A stretch of 64,000 bases of DNA. Source: the human T2T-CHM13v2.0 reference genome, Homo sapiens. How positions within the stretch are numbered: the stretch's first letter is position 1; every line of letters begins with the position of its first letter. The position numbers and the translations under genes are program-made. The notes under the pieces are model-generated. The model saw nothing but the letters and a program-made list of their open reading frames with translations, was not told the DNA's origin and ran no database searches. The DNA is taken from the NCBI RefSeq assembly GCF_009914755.1, contig NC_060931.1, one strand, 5' to 3'. Positions 45,440 through 62,047 of the stretch are shown here, piece after piece.

Positions 45440-46550
45440 CTCTGTACATCTACTGTTTTCTTTTCCCAGCAGAACTTGCACAAAACAGAAAAGTACAGCT
45501 CAGTGGTATAGTCCAAAATGAGCGGTCATGCGACCACCATGTAGGGGCAAGGACAGTACTCTGCCTGCACTCTGGGAGCTGCTCTGTGAACTCACCGAGG
45601 CACCATCCTTCCCTTCTCCCAGAGATCACCATGATCCCAACTATGGTTGTAATCACCTCTTTGCTTTTCTTTCCCATCAAAGCACTGCAGTTTAGTTTTG
45701 CATATATTTTGAACTCTACATAAATGCATCAATCTAGTAAGATATTCTTTTGTTTGTAGCTTCTGCTGCTCAACATTATGTATTCGTGAAACTCATCAAT
45801 GTTGCTGCATGTAACTGTATTCTGTTCCTTTTCATTACTGTACAGAATTCCAGTGTTTGGATAAATTATAATTTGTATATCTACTATTAAAGGACATTTC
45901 AGCTTACAGTTTGGGGTCATTCTAAACAATGCTGCTGTAAACATTCTTGTACCTGCCTCTTGGAGCAACATTTCTGTTAAATATTAATCAAGGGTGAAAT
46001 GTTTTGATCATGGTGTGATGTATTTTCAATTTTAGTAGCTGACGTCAAAGAGTTTTCCAAAATAGTTGTACCATTTTCCCATTTTCCCAAGTGATGTATG
46101 TGAGTTTCTATTGCTCCACATCCATAATGACGGTTTATTTTTCTGTGTTTTCCCCACTTTAGCCATTCTGGTGAGTGTATAACAGTATACTATGGTGGTT
46201 TTAACTTTTAAAAACATTGTTTTCATTATTAGTGAGGCTGACCATCTTTTCACAAGTGTATTGGTTACCTGAATTTCTTATTTTTGTGAAGTACCTGTCC
46301 AAGGCTCTTGTCCAGTTTTCTCTTGAGTTGTGTATCTTGTCTTATTAATGTAGGCGTTCCTTGTGTGTTTTGGGCAAAAGCTTTATTTGGTTACATGTGT
46401 TACAAATATTTTTCTCTCATTCTGTGGCTTGCAGTTTTACTTTCTTTCAAGTTTCTTTTGTTTGTAGAAATTCTTCATTCTGAGAATTTTGTTTTCTTCT
46501 CTCATCTTTTTTCTTTTGTGGTTAGTACTTTCCCTACTTCAGTGTTATGA
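45440..46550 (-). mobile_element. L1ME/MC-type 3' portion
   Basis: ORFs 45729-45971 (TRMFTAALF) and 46032-46253 (MKRWSASLI...YTLTRMAK) are L1 ORF2 C-terminal remnants. Confidence 0.8.
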
Positions 46551-47336
<786 letters not shown>

Positions 47337-47537
47337 TTCTATAAGCTCGATTGCTTTACTTTTGGCATGCGGTTCCAGAATCCATTTGGAGCTGGCATTG
47401 TTATGGTATGAGGTGGGGATTAGGTTTCTTTTTTTTTTTTCCACCACAGAGATTTCCAACTTTTCTTAGCATTACTGACTGAAAAGAACCTCTACCTTAG
47501 ACTATTTTGCGGTACCACCTTTCTTATCAGTTACATG

Positions 47538-47764
47538 TAAGTTGAGCATCCCAAATCCAAAAATTTGAAATCCAAAATGCTCCAAAATCTGAAATGTTTT
47601 GAGCATCAAAACAATGTTCAAAGGAAATGCTCACTGGAGCATTTTCAATTTTTGGATTAGGGATGTTCAACCAATAAGTATGTAATGCAAATATTTAAAA
47701 ATCCAAAATAATCAAAAATCTGAAACACGTACGGTCTCAAGTTGATCAGGGACACTCATCTGTA
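47538..47764. mobile_element. Tigger4a/MER46A (TcMar-Tigger)
   Basis: gttgagcatcccaaatccaaaaatttgaaatccaaaatgctccaaaatctgaaa...gggacactcatctgta. Confidence 0.85.
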
Positions 47765-47979
47765 TATATATGTGGTCTGCTTTTGGACTCAGTATTTCAT
47801 CCCATTGGTCTATTTGTTTTGGCAAATATTCCATATTGTCGTAATTACTACAGATTTAAAATTGGACTTGATATCTGGTGGAGCAAGTCCTCTAACTGTT
47901 CTACTTGAATATTGTCTTAGCTACTTTTGACCCTTTGCATTTTTACACAAACTTTTGTATTAGATTGTGAAGTACCACC

Positions 47980-48012
47980 AAAACCAAATCAAACCAAACC
48001 AAACCAAACCAA
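47980..48012. repeat. (AAACC)n
   Basis: Direct reading. Confidence 0.85.
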
Positions 48013-48131
48013 CACAACATCCACCACCCCATCCTACCCCAAATAATAACTGTTGTGTTTTGATTGGCATTAACTTAGATCTATAATTCAGTCTTAATTC
48101 ATGAATTTTATTTAGGTCTTATTTATTTATT

Positions 48132-48435
48132 TGTGTGTGTGTGTGTATGTGTGTGTGTGTGTACAGTGGTGTGACCATAGCTCACTGCAGCCTCAAATTC
48201 CTAGGCTCAAGCAGTCCTCCTGCCTCAACCACCCACTTCCTCCACACTCTGTGTAGAGTAACTAGGACTCCAGGTGTGTGCTGCAGTCAGTGCCCAGCTA
48301 ATTTTTTTTTTTCTTGGTTGAGACAGTGTCTTGCTTTGTTTTCCAGGCTGGTCTCGAACTCCTGGCCTCAAGCAAACCTCCCACTTCAGCCTCCCGAAGT
48401 GTTGGGATTACAGGCATGAGCCATGGTACCCAGCC
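48132..48435 (-). mobile_element. AluJ SINE, 3' end replaced by (TG)n, with a small internal insertion
   Basis: (TG)n 48132-48162 then cagtggtgtgaccatagctcactgcagcc ... catgagccatggtacccagcc. Confidence 0.85.
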
Positions 48436-48449
48436 TAATTTTTTTTTGT

Positions 48450-49590
48450 TTTTTAAAGAAATCAGTAGATTTCACTTTTTATAACAGTTTTAGATTTACA
48501 GAAAAATTGCTAATACAGAAAGTTTACACAGCATCCCCTCCAACATGTGCAGTTTCCCCTATCATTAACATCTTGCATTAGTGTGGGACATTTGTTAAAG
48601 TTAATGAATCATTAATACATTATTATTAGCTAAAATCCAGGCTTTAATTAAGATTGACTTTTTGTTTTGTATAGTTCTATGGGTTTTGACAAGTGCGTAA
48701 TATAATGTATCTACCATTAAACTATCATACAGAATAGTTTCACTGCCCCAAGAATCTCATTTGCTTCAATTATTCATCACTTTTCTACTTCCCCCCAAAC
48801 CCAGGTAACCCCTGATATTTTTACTTTACATAGTTTTGTCTTTTTCAGATGTCACACGGTTGGAATTACAGAGTAGGCATTTCAGACTGGTTTCCTTCAC
48901 TTAGCAATATATATTTAAAGTTCCTCCAAGTCTTTTTGTGGCTTGATAGTTCATTTTTAATTGCTAAACAATATTCCTTTGTATGGATGTCCCATAGTTT
49001 GCCTATCTATTCACCCATTGAAGTATATCTCAGTTGCTTTCGGATTTTGATGATTGTGAATAAAACTGCTATAAACATTCACGTGCAACTTTGTGGTTGA
49101 ACATGTTTTCAACTCACCTGGAAATGAATCATATATGGTAAAACTATGTTTAGCTTGATAAAAGCTGTCAAACTGTCTTTTAAAGTGGCTGTTGCATTTC
49201 CAAAATGGAAAATATCATTTTGCATTTTCCACCAGTCATGAATGAGAGTTCTTGTTGCTCCACATCCTTCCCAGCATTTGATGTTGTTTTCTGGGCTTTT
49301 TACCATTATAATAAATGCGTAGTGATGTCTCACTCTTGTCTTAATTTGTAACTCCCTGATAACATATGATGTTGGCATGTCTCTTATATGCTTACTTGCC
49401 ATCTGTATATCTTCTTTGGTGATGTGTCTGTTCAGATATTTTGTCCACTATTTAGTTGGGTTGTTTGTTTTCTTATTGTTGAGCTTAAGAGATATTTGTA
49501 TATTTTGGATACATGTATCTTCATCAGGTATACGTTCTGCAAAATTTTCTCCCAGTCTATGGTGTGTCTTTTCATTCTCTTAAACTCTCA
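48450..49590 (-). mobile_element. L1MC1/2-type 3' portion
   Basis: cagttttagatttacagaaaaattg...gtttcccctatcattaacatcttgcattagtgtgg...atacagaatagtttcactgccc. Confidence 0.85.
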
Positions 49591-49599
49591 TTTTTAATA

Positions 49600-52500
49600 G
49601 TTTTTGTTTGCTTTTTGCTTACAATTTTGTATATTCTTTGTTAGATATATTCCTGGGTGTTTGATCATTTTGATGTTATGACAAGTGATGTTATTACAAA
49701 TTTGATAAACTGTTTGTTGCTGACATATAGCAATACCATTACATTTTATATGTTTATCTCAAATATTATTCTAATAATTTATCTGTAGATTCTGTAGCAT
49801 ATTTTACATGTGCTATGAGTAAATAATGACAATTATTTTCTCTTTATAAACTATATTTTTTCAAAAAACTCTTTCTTGGCTTACAAAACTGTCTAGGATC
49901 TCCCATATAATTTTAGTAAAGTGGTGATGGTGGGTATCCTTCTCTGATTTTTAAACTTAAAAGGAAAGCCTCCAATATTTCACTATTAATGTGATGTGTA
50001 CTATACGTGGTACATCAAAAAATACGGGCATAGATTTCTAACCTCCCCATTTACGTGCCCCTTTGCAAGGTGAGCGTGCATTTACTCCTCTCATCAGGAG
50101 GGAGGTTCTAGTCATCTGTTCTCCCAGAATCAGAGCTGGCCTTGTAACTTGCCTTGATAAAATAATGCAACATACATGACACTGTGTGGATTCCATAGCC
50201 TACGCTTCAAGAAGCCTTGCAGCTCTGCTGTCGCTTTCTGGAATTCTCTCATTGTCCTGTCAAGAAGCTCTGGCTAGCCTCCCAGAGGAGAAGGCACAAT
50301 GGAGAGAGAAAGGCCTACCTTTCTAGCTGTCACAGCCAGCACCGACCACCAGCCCTGTGAAAAAGAGTGTTTCAGACCAACTGGCTTTTGTTGAGCCACC
50401 AGATGTGGCTTCGTGAGTGACCCTAGACAACATCCAAGCAAGCCACAAGCAAAAGGAGGCAGAGAACGATCCAAGATGAAGGGACTGATCTACAAAACCT
50501 GCCTAGAGCAAATAAAATGGTTACTTTTTCAACCATTAAGTTTTGGGGTGGTTAATTATGTAGCAAAGGATAGCTGACGTGCTGTAGATTTTGTTTATGT
50601 TAACTTTTATTAAACTAAAGCCATCTCTTTGTTTATGAGTGTGCTAAAAAATCAAGATAGATGCCAATTCTATTAATGCTTTTCTCTTCATCTGCTGAGA
50701 GGTTCATACCTTTTCCTTTTTCTTTATGGTAAATTACATCAATTGATTTTTCAATATTAGAGTAACCATGCATTCCTGGATTAAACTGAACTTGGTTGAA
50801 TTCTATTATCCTTTTTATATATTGCTGGATTCCATATTATATTGCATTCAGAATTTTTGCATCTATGATTATGAATGAAGTTCATCTATAATTTGCCTTT
50901 CTGCAATGTGTCAGGTTTCGATATCAACATTATCTGGCCTCATAAAATAAGTGCGGAGAATTCTTTCTTCTTCTATTTTCTCGGTAAGTTTTTTAAAAAA
51001 TTATATTATTTTTTCCTGAGATGTTTAGTAGAATTCACCAACAATGTTGTCGGGGCCAGAAATTTTCCTTATAAGAAAGTTTTAAATTTCTAATTATGAA
51101 CTCATTATATTTACTAGTTTTAGTAAAACTAATTTGGATTCTTGTGTCAGTTTTCATAGGCTGTATTTTTCTAGGAATTTGTGTATTTCAACTAAAATTT
51201 CAAATTTATTGGCAAAAAGGTTTTTTACAATATGTTCTTACTATTATACCCCCACCCCTAGCTTTAGTGAGGTATAACTGGCAAACAAACTATATATATT
51301 TAAGGTATACGGTACAATATTTTGATATACAGGTACTATCTTTTAAATGTTTGCAGAATTTGTGGGGATATCCCCCAGATTCCATTTTCCTTTACTCTTG
51401 ACATTGGTTTTTTGCTTCTCTTTTTTTTTTCTTGGAAAGTCTTCTGGAGAGTTATAGATTTTATTCATCACTCCAATGCTTCATTGATAATCCCTATTGT
51501 ATATTTGTTTGTTTTCTATTTTTATTAATTTCTGCTCTTCTATTTATTATTTACTTCATTCTACTTTATTTTAGTTTAATTTATTTATGTTTTGTAACTA
51601 ATCTTTAGCTTGTTGATTTTCAACTTTTACTTTTTTCTAAGATATCCATTTTAGGGCTATAAATATTCCTCTAAGCACAGCTGTATTCTACAACTTTTAA
51701 TATGTTTTAATTTTCACTGCTGTGGAAATCAAAATGTTTACTCAGTCCAGGGTGAGATGTGTCATCATGTCAACAGTCCATTTCGTTTTGGAATATTGGT
51801 TGTTTAAAAGTGTAGTGCTAAATTTCCAAACGTATGGGGGCTTTTCTTATTGATTTTTTTGCTTAATGGATTGTGGTCAGAAAGCAAACTTCTTTTTACT
51901 TTCAATCTTTCTCTATCCTTAATGTTTTCGATATGTTTCTGGTAAACAGCAGATGGTTATTTTAGATTTTCTTATATCCAACCTGATCTTATCTAAATTG
52001 GAGCGTTTAGTTTATTTACACTTATTGCAGTTACTGATATGTTTGAGTTTAAATTACCATCTTACTAAATACTTTTTATTTGCCTTGTTCCTCAATGTTT
52101 CATTTTTCCTCCTTTTTTGCTATATTGGATATTTTTTATTATTCTATTTTTCTTCTATTAGCCTAGGAGTAATGCATGTTTCACTATTTTCCTGGTTACC
52201 TTAGAGATAGCAGTATGCATTCTTATCAGAGTTATTCTGGACAATGCAAAGACTTCAGAACTAACTTGAGCTGCATTCACCAGCCTCTTGTAATTCTTGA
52301 CCTTTGTGTATTTTAATTCTATAGGCATTTTAAACTACATAAGGTATTGTTATTGTTTTATACTGTAAATATCCATTTAGGTATTCCCACATAGTTATGA
52401 TTTTCATTTTTCTTTATTGTTTTCTCACATCTAACCTTCCATCTGGGCTTATTTTTCTTCTGAACACAATTGTAGTATTTCCTTTGATATAAATCTGCCA

Positions 52501-52600
52501 ATTAAAGATTCTCAGGACTTTTTATGTCTAAAAAGGTTAAAATTTCAGTCATTCTTAAAGAATATTTATACTAGGTAAAGAATTCTAGGGTGCTTATTTC
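49600..52600 (-). mobile_element. Ancient L1ME ORF2 fragments (interrupted by MLT1 LTR)
   Basis: T-rich antisense L1 motifs (catgcattcctgga, ttgctggattc, ttttgcatctatg, tagaattcacca, atattcctctaagcacagct). Confidence 0.7.
50006..50580 (+). mobile_element. MLT1G/H-type MaLR solo LTR
   Basis: ccctttgcaaggtga...gctggccttgtaacttgccttga...aaataaaatggttac...taagttttggggtggtt...gcaaaggatagctga. Confidence 0.75.
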
Positions 52601-52626
52601 TTTTTCTCCTCCAATGTTTTATTTTG

Positions 52627-52946
<320 letters not shown>

Positions 52947-52949
52947 TAT

Positions 52950-54800
52950 TTTGAAGAATTTTAAAGCTACACAAAGAGTAGTACAATGAATATCCTATAC
53001 CTTTCACTTATTTCAACAAGGTATTTCTAAGAAGCAGGGCATTCTGTATAAGCACAATATTATCACACCAAAGATATTTAATATCATGAATTAATATTAC
53101 CTAACATTCAGTATTTCCAAGTGTTCTCAAAAATGCTCATTAGAGTGTGTTAAGTGGGTTTCAAAGTCCAGGATCCAATCAAGGATGATGCAATTCCATT
53201 TAGTTATTCCATCTCTTCAGTCTCCATCAATCCAGATCAGTCTTCCTGATATTTTTCTCACTAATGGTATAAACATTTTTGAAGATTCCAGGCTGTATGT
53301 TTTGTAAAACGCCCCTAAATCTGAGTTTGTTGAATTATTTCTTTATAAGAATCAGGATAAAAATTTTTGCAAGAAAACAGATGTCATGTGTTCTTCTCGT
53401 TGTGTCAGAACGATTCCCCTCTATGATTAATAAGCAATCTGCAGGATCTGTGAGGTGATAATCTGAGACCATATGAATGTTCACTTCCCTGAAGCTTTCA
53501 CCAAATTGCTTTAGCAGCCATTAATGACTCTTAACCTAAATCTACTACTAGCGTGGCGATTGTCAAGTGTAACTTTCCAATTCTATAATTATTTCTACAT
53601 TTTTTAGCTGACGATCTTCTGTATTAATTTTCTTTTAGTGCCTCTATGAATTAATCAATACTCTTTTTATTCATCATATTATAAACCATTTCTATCACTA
53701 TTCTTTTAGATGCTCCAATTGTCCCATATTTAGCCAGTGGGAACCTCTTCAAATCTGTGTCCATTTGAAGACCTTCATCATTCTTTCAGGACCTCTTGCT
53801 TTGTGCTACAGTGAAATCTCCTGGCTTATCAGGAACTATCGCTTCCCCAGCACTGGAAATCAGCCTTTTCTTCAGCTAGCTATTGCCCATTTTGGTAGGG
53901 AAGAGTATCTGGAAACTGTACTAGCTTCCTACTGCTGTTGCAACAAATTACCACAAATTCAGTGACTTAAGACAAAACACGTTTTAAATCTTATTGTTGT
54001 AAGGTCAGGAGTCTGAAATAGATCTTGCTAGGGTAATACCAAGATATCAGCAGGGCTGCATTCTTTCCTGAAGGCTCTAAAGGCAAGTCCATTTCCTTTT
54101 CTTTTCTACCTACTAGAGGCTTCCCATAATCTTTGACTTGTTGACACCGTCTATTTTCAAAGCACCAGCAATGCCTGGTCAAGTCTTTCTTACCTCACAC
54201 CACTCTGATGCGATGGACTCTTCTGCCTCTCCTGTCATCTTTTAGGGACCCTTGTAATTATTTTGGGCCCAATAATGTAATCCAAGGTTAACAAACTTAA
54301 TTTTATCCACAACTTAATTAAGAGCCAGAGCGCATACCATAGTCACAGGTTCTGGGAATTAGGATGTGAACTGTTTTTGGAAGAAGGGTATCATTCTGCC
54401 TACCACACAAACCAAGATCTGGCTTCAGCTGTGCTCATTGCTGCTGCAACATCATCGCTTCTAGGCTGTTATAGGAAACAGCTAGGAACTACAATTTTAG
54501 AAGTCATGATTTCATACTGATTCTATTTAAAGCTAATATTGCAGTAATTTTCTTTACCATATGTATATATGGAAAATAAAGAAGATACATGTGTCTTATA
54601 TTCTGTCACATTGAGAACATCAGTTCCCAACCATATCTGTGTATTGACTTGTGAACTCCATTCTACAATATAAAACAAGGGTTTTAGAATTATGACACCA
54701 AACTACCACCCATTAATAAAGTTTACTAAACAAAGTTCAAGATTTCTGTGCAGTTCTTTCAGTTCCTAAAATATGTATTACTTGAAATAATATTTTTCCC
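52950..54800 (-). mobile_element. L1MC4/5-type 3' UTR interrupted by MLT1D
   Basis: ccaggatccaatcaagga...catttagtt; tgctccaattgtccca...gccagtgggaacctcttcaa; gaaac|caagatctgg resumes after the LTR. Confidence 0.7.
53917..54407 (-). mobile_element. MLT1D-type MaLR solo LTR
   Basis: TGTACTAGCTTCCTA...aacaaattaccacaaa...cacaggttctgggaattaggatgtg...attctgcctaccACA. Confidence 0.85.
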
Positions 54801-54849
54801 ATATGGTTGTATTATAAAATTCATAATCAGTCAAGTTCTCCTTATAGAT

Positions 54850-56350
54850 AATTTTAATTTTTTTATCCTTTTACATTTAATTTTTAATATGCAAATATTT
54901 ACCTGATTCAAAAGTCAAAACTTTGCAAAATCTCACTTATTTTCCTATTTCTACGTAGAATGTTTCCTTTTTTACACAAGAGGTGGCACACTACATTCTT
55001 TATTCTTTGGTACCTTGTTTTTTCACATAATATACCTGAAAAAAACACTCCACATTAGTTTATAAAGGTCTTGTTTGTTCTTTTTAAATAGCTTCATAAA
55101 ACTCCATTGTGTGGGTGCCTTATCGTTTACTCAACCTCTCTCTTTTGAATAGACATTGACGTAATTTTGTACATGTTGCTTTGTGTTTGTCAAGGTATAA
55201 CTTTAGAATGAATTCCTAGAAATGGGATTTCTGGGTCGAACAGTAAATGTGCACATAGTAGGCTGTATTGCCAAACACTCCTCCATAAGGATTTTACTAT
55301 TTTCCCTTCCTACTGTCAATTTGTGAGGGTATCTGTGTCTTCACAGCTTTGCTAATAGTGTTAGACTTGAATATTTTGTCCATCCAGTGGTTTGAGAAAA
55401 ATGACAGCTCAGTGTTGTTTTAACTAGCATTTTCTCAGTGAAGGAAGTTGAGCAGGTTTTTAGTTTTAAGGGTCATTTGTACATCTGTTTGGATAAATTC
55501 TCTGTTCATGTCATTTACCCATTAAAAAAAAATAGTGTTTGGTTTTTATTTGATTTTAAGAATTTCCTGTAGGGAAATTAGCTCATTATCTTTTGCAAAT
55601 ATCTCCTCCCACTTTGTCATTTGTTCTTTGATTTTGTTTATTATGGTTTCCTTTTTGTTTTTATAATGCAAAAGTTTTCTTCAAAAATGTATTAGAATAT
55701 ATCATCCTTTCTTTAAAACTTCATCTGGATTTTGGGTCATAGTTAGATCAGCTTTTCCCACATCCATGTGTTGAAGGAATTCTTCATTTTTTTTCCTAGC
55801 ATTTCTACTGAAGATTTTTTCTTTTATGTATGGATATCTGATGTATTTGGAGTTTATTCTCATGTGTGATATATAGATTCAATCTTATCTTTTTCCAAAT
55901 GACCATTCGTTTCAAAACCGTTTACTCAAACCTTAATATTTTCTTAGTAATTTGAAATGCTACCTTTATCATAAATTCTTTGTTTTCATATGCTCTTGGA
56001 TAAGTTTCTGGATCTTGAACCAGATCTACACCAGTTTGACACTGTTTTAATTTTCCCTATTGTCTTGCAGGGGTAGTCTCTCCAATTGTTCTCTTTTTTT
56101 CCAGCAGTTCCAAGCATTTCTTGCATTTTAAATTTTTCATGTGAAATTTAGAATCAACTTATCTAGCTCCAGAAAGAAAATTTTTAATATTTGTGTTGGG
56201 ATCATTTTAAATTTACATATCATCTTGGGGAGAATTGACATGTTTATAATTTTGATTTATACTCCCCAAGAACAAAAGATGTCTTTCCATTTATTCATGT
56301 CCACTTTTGTATTTTATACATATTTTGAAATTTTCATTATGGAGATTTTA
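54850..56350 (-). mobile_element. L1ME-type fragment
   Basis: attcctagaaatgggatttctgggtc; tttagaatcaacttatctag; ttggggagaattgacatgtttataat. Confidence 0.7.
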
Positions 56351-56354
56351 CACA

Positions 56355-57937
<1,583 letters not shown>

Positions 57938-57938
<1 letters not shown>

Positions 57939-58188
57939 GACAGGTTCTCACTCTGTCACACAGACTACAGTACAGTGGTGCTATCTTGGCTGACTGCAAC
58001 CTCTGCCTCCTGAGCTTAAGCAGTCCTTGCACCTGCACACCACCATGTCCAGCTAATTTTTATATTTTTTGTAGAGACAGGGTTTCACCACATTGCCCAG
58101 GTTGATCTTGAGCTCCCGGACTCAAGTGATTCGTCTCCTTTGGCCTCCAAAAGTGCTGGGATTACAGGCATGAGCCACTGCACCCAGT
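57938..58188 (-). mobile_element. AluJ SINE, tailless and internally deleted, fused to Tigger1
   Basis: gagacaggttctcactctgtc directly follows Tigger1; right arm lacks cagcctcccgagtagctgggactacag. Confidence 0.88.
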
Positions 58189-58189
58189 G

Positions 58190-58938
58190 TGTTCAGGCTT
58201 TTCACCCATTTTTAAATAAAATTTTAAAGAACTGTTGCTGTCATTTTTGCTATTGAGTTGTTTGAGTTCCTAATGTATTCTAGATATTAATCAGGCGCAT
58301 AGTTTGCAAATACTTTCTCCCATTCTGTATATTGCCTCTTCAGTCTACTGATTGTTTCCTTTGTTATGAATAAGTTTCATAGTGTGATGTAATCTCATTT
58401 GTCTATTTTTACTTTTTTCACCTATGCTTTTGAGGTCTTATTAAAAAACTCTTTGCCCAGTCCAATTTCATAAAACATTTCCTTCTAGTAGTTTCATAGT
58501 TTCAGGTCTTACATTTAAGTATTTAATTCATTTTGAGTTGATTTTTGTAAATGGTGAGAGATAGAGGTCTATTTTCATTCTTCTTCGTATGGATATCCAG
58601 TTTTCTCCCAATAACACTTATTGAAGAAACTACCCTTTCTTCATTGCATGTTCTTGGTGACTTTGTTGAAAATTGGTTGGCTGTAAATGAACGGATTTAT
58701 TTCAGGGTTCTCTATTTTCTTTCATTGATCTATGTGTCTATTTTTATGCCAGTACCATGCTGTTTTGGTTACTATAGCTTTGTACTATCTTTTGAAGTCA
58801 GGTAGTGTGATGCTTTGAGCTTCGTTCTGTTTGCTCAAGATAGCTTTGCCTGTCTAGGGTCTTTTGTATTTGCATATGAATTTTAAGATTATTTTTCCTA
58901 TTTCTGTGAAGAATGCCATTGGTATTTTGATGGGAATG
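58190..58938 (-). mobile_element. L1MA/PB-type ORF2 3' segment
   Basis: tttttatgccagtaccatgctgttttggttactatagc, tttctgtgaagaatgccattggtattttgat (antisense of IPIKIPMAFFTE). Confidence 0.9.
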
Positions 58939-59766
58939 CAAACACAACATACCAAAACCTATGGATACATCAAAGCAATGCTACAAGGAAAGTTTACAGC
59001 AACAAACACCTACATCATGAAAGTTGAAAGATCTTAAATAAACAACCTAACATTACACCTCAAGGAACCAGAAAAGTAAGAACAATCAAGAAATGAGAGA
59101 AAAGAAGGAAATAAATAACAAAGGTTAGAGCATAAACAAACAAATAGGTTCTAAAATATGAAAAAATCAATGAAACAAAGAGCTGGGTTACTGAAAAGAT
59201 AAACAAAATTGACATAACCTTAGCTAGCCTTCAAAAAAATAGAAACTCAACTAAATAAAATTAGAGAGAAAAAGGACACATTGCAGCTGATATCACAGAA
59301 ATACAAAGGATCACAAGAGATTACCATGAACAACTAACTATACACCAACGAATTGTAAAACCTGGAAGAAATGGGTAAAATCCTGGACACATACAGCATG
59401 CTATGTTTAAATCATGAAGAAATAGAAAACCTGAACAGACCAGTGATGAATAACAAGATCAAAGCAATAATATAAAGTTTCCCATCAAAGAAAGCTCAGG
59501 ACTTGACAGATTCACTGCTGAATTCTACCAAATATTTAAAGAATACCAATTCTACTCAAACTATTTCAAAAAACTGAGAAGGAAGGAATACTTCCAAATT
59601 CACTCTATGAGGCCAGCATTTCCCTGACACTCAAACCAACAAGGAAATTACAAAAAAGAAAACTACAAGCTAATATGCCTGATGAACATAAATGCAAAAA
59701 TCCTCAATAAAATACTAGCAAACTAAATTCAACAGCACATTAAAAGGACCATTCACCATGATCAAG
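58939..59766 (+). mobile_element. L1 ORF2 internal segment, inverted relative to the adjoining L1
   Basis: Encodes NTTYQNLW..., [31 protein letters not shown] (with stops and frameshifts). Confidence 0.9.
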
Positions 59767-59878
59767 ATGCATTTCAGCTCATCTTGGTTTTCAAATTTAT
59801 TTACAGAGTAGTGCAAAGTAGTGCCTATAATTTTGAAAATGTCATTTATTTTAATGGTTATTGGTCCTTTGTCATTTC

Positions 59879-60177
<299 letters not shown>

Positions 60178-60801
60178 CATTTCTTATTTTTCCTTAAATA
60201 TGTGTCCCAGTAGTTTGTCTATATTGATGATTTTTTTCCTCAATGAAAGAGCATTTTCATTTATTCATTAGTTGTATTATTTCTCTATTTTCTACCATAT
60301 TCGTTCTGCTTTTATTTTATTTCTGTTCTTTTTGGTTTACATTTTTCTTTAGTTCAGCAGAGGTTATGATTTAATATTTACACCTTTATTCTTTAATTTT
60401 TATTTTTGTAAGGCTGTTGTTTAAGGCTATCAGTTTTCCTTATTTATTTGTATTCTATATATCCAATATTTAGTGTTATTATCATATGCTAGACATTCTG
60501 CAATTTCAATCTTTTTCACTTTTCACATGAGTTGTTTAGTAGAGAGGTTTTTAAAAACATTTTTAATGGCTTTAGAATTTTGCTATTAATTTTTCCTTAG
60601 AACTTGCCTATAATGTATTGAAATTTTCTTTGTGCTCTAATAAGATATAGTATGTCTCTGTGATTGGTCCATTTATGCTTTAGAAAAAGTTAACAAAACT
60701 TCATAAATATGAAACTTTCAATACATACCCCCAATGTACTACCTTAATGATTATTGTTTAGGATTTTTATAACATTACTTATTGTTTTATTCAGTTCAGG
60801 C

Positions 60802-60940
60802 TGTATCTTAGTCCATTCCTGCTGATATAACAAAATTGCATAAACTCAGCAATTTATACATAGTAGAAATTCATTTCTTCCAGTTCTGAAGCCTGGGAAG
60901 TCCAAGATGAAGGTATTGGCAACTTTGGTGTCTGGTGTCA
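60802..60940 (-). mobile_element. MST/MLT1A-type LTR fragment
   Basis: tgtatcttagtccattcctgctg...ctgggaagtccaagatgaagg...tggtgtctggtg. Confidence 0.75.
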
Positions 60941-61789
60941 TATTTGTCATATTAGTTATCTTATTACTATTGCTATTATATTATATAATGTCCTCAGTAC
61001 TTAGTTTTATTTACTTAGACTTCTACTATTCAGTTTTGTCTATTTTAAATGATATTATTTGACTCCCACAAATTATCTATGAAATAGTTTTATCTTTTCT
61101 AATTTATTCTTTTTATCTTCTGTGTCTTTCCATTTATTTTAGCTGTTCCTACTTTGTCATAACATATAATATTTTATACTATTTTTTCTTCTTTGTCTCC
61201 ATCTTTCTTTTAGCCTTAGACTTAAACATATTCGATTATTATCACTCCTTTGCTAAAGCTTATCTGGCTATCTCTTGATTATATAAAGCTTGTCCTCTAG
61301 TAGCTTCCTTAAGAATAGCTTGTGAGTACAATATATCCTGAGATTGTGCACATATAAAATAGCCTTGGTATTTCATGGACAGCTTGGTCAGATATAAAGT
61401 TCTTCATTCACATTTTCTTTACTCCTTTCTTGAAAATATTGCACGACGGATGTCTTTCTTTGTATGTTTCTGTTGCAGTATCTTTCAATAACCTACAGAT
61501 CTTTCCTTTGTAAGTCACTTGGTCTTTTGTCTATTGGTACAGAATCACTTTTCTCTTTTAAGTCTAATAATTTTATTATGGAATATCTTGGCAAGTAAAA
61601 TTTTTAGGAACATGGATGGCTCCTTCAAGTATAGATTGGTATTCTTTTCTTTACAGAAATTTTATTTATTGTGGTTTTAAGTATTTATTCAGTTCCATTG
61701 CTTTCATTTTCTTTTTCTTTAGGATTCCCATTATATCTGTTGGATCTTCTTTGCCTGTCTTTTATATCCAATTCTTTCAGTCTGATTCT

Positions 61790-62047
61790 ATTTCTTTCTT
61801 TCTTTCCTTCTTTTTTGCCTTTTCTTTTTTTCTTCTTGAGACAGGGTCTCACTCTGCTACCCAGGCTGAAGTGCAGTGGTATGATCACAACTTACTGGAG
61901 CTTCAGTCTCCCCAATTTCAGGTGATCCTCTCACCTCAGCCACCTGAGTAGCTGGGATTACAGGTGAGTGTCAACACAACTGGCTATGTTTTGTTTTTTC
62001 GTAGAGACCGGGTTTTACCTGACAGGTGTGAGCCACCATGTCTGGCT
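61790..62047 (-). mobile_element. AluJ SINE with most of the left arm deleted
   Basis: Right arm intact; gtagagaccgggttttacc joins directly to tgacaggtgtgagccacc; TSD core TGATTCTAT at 61783-61791 and 62048-62056. Confidence 0.85.
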
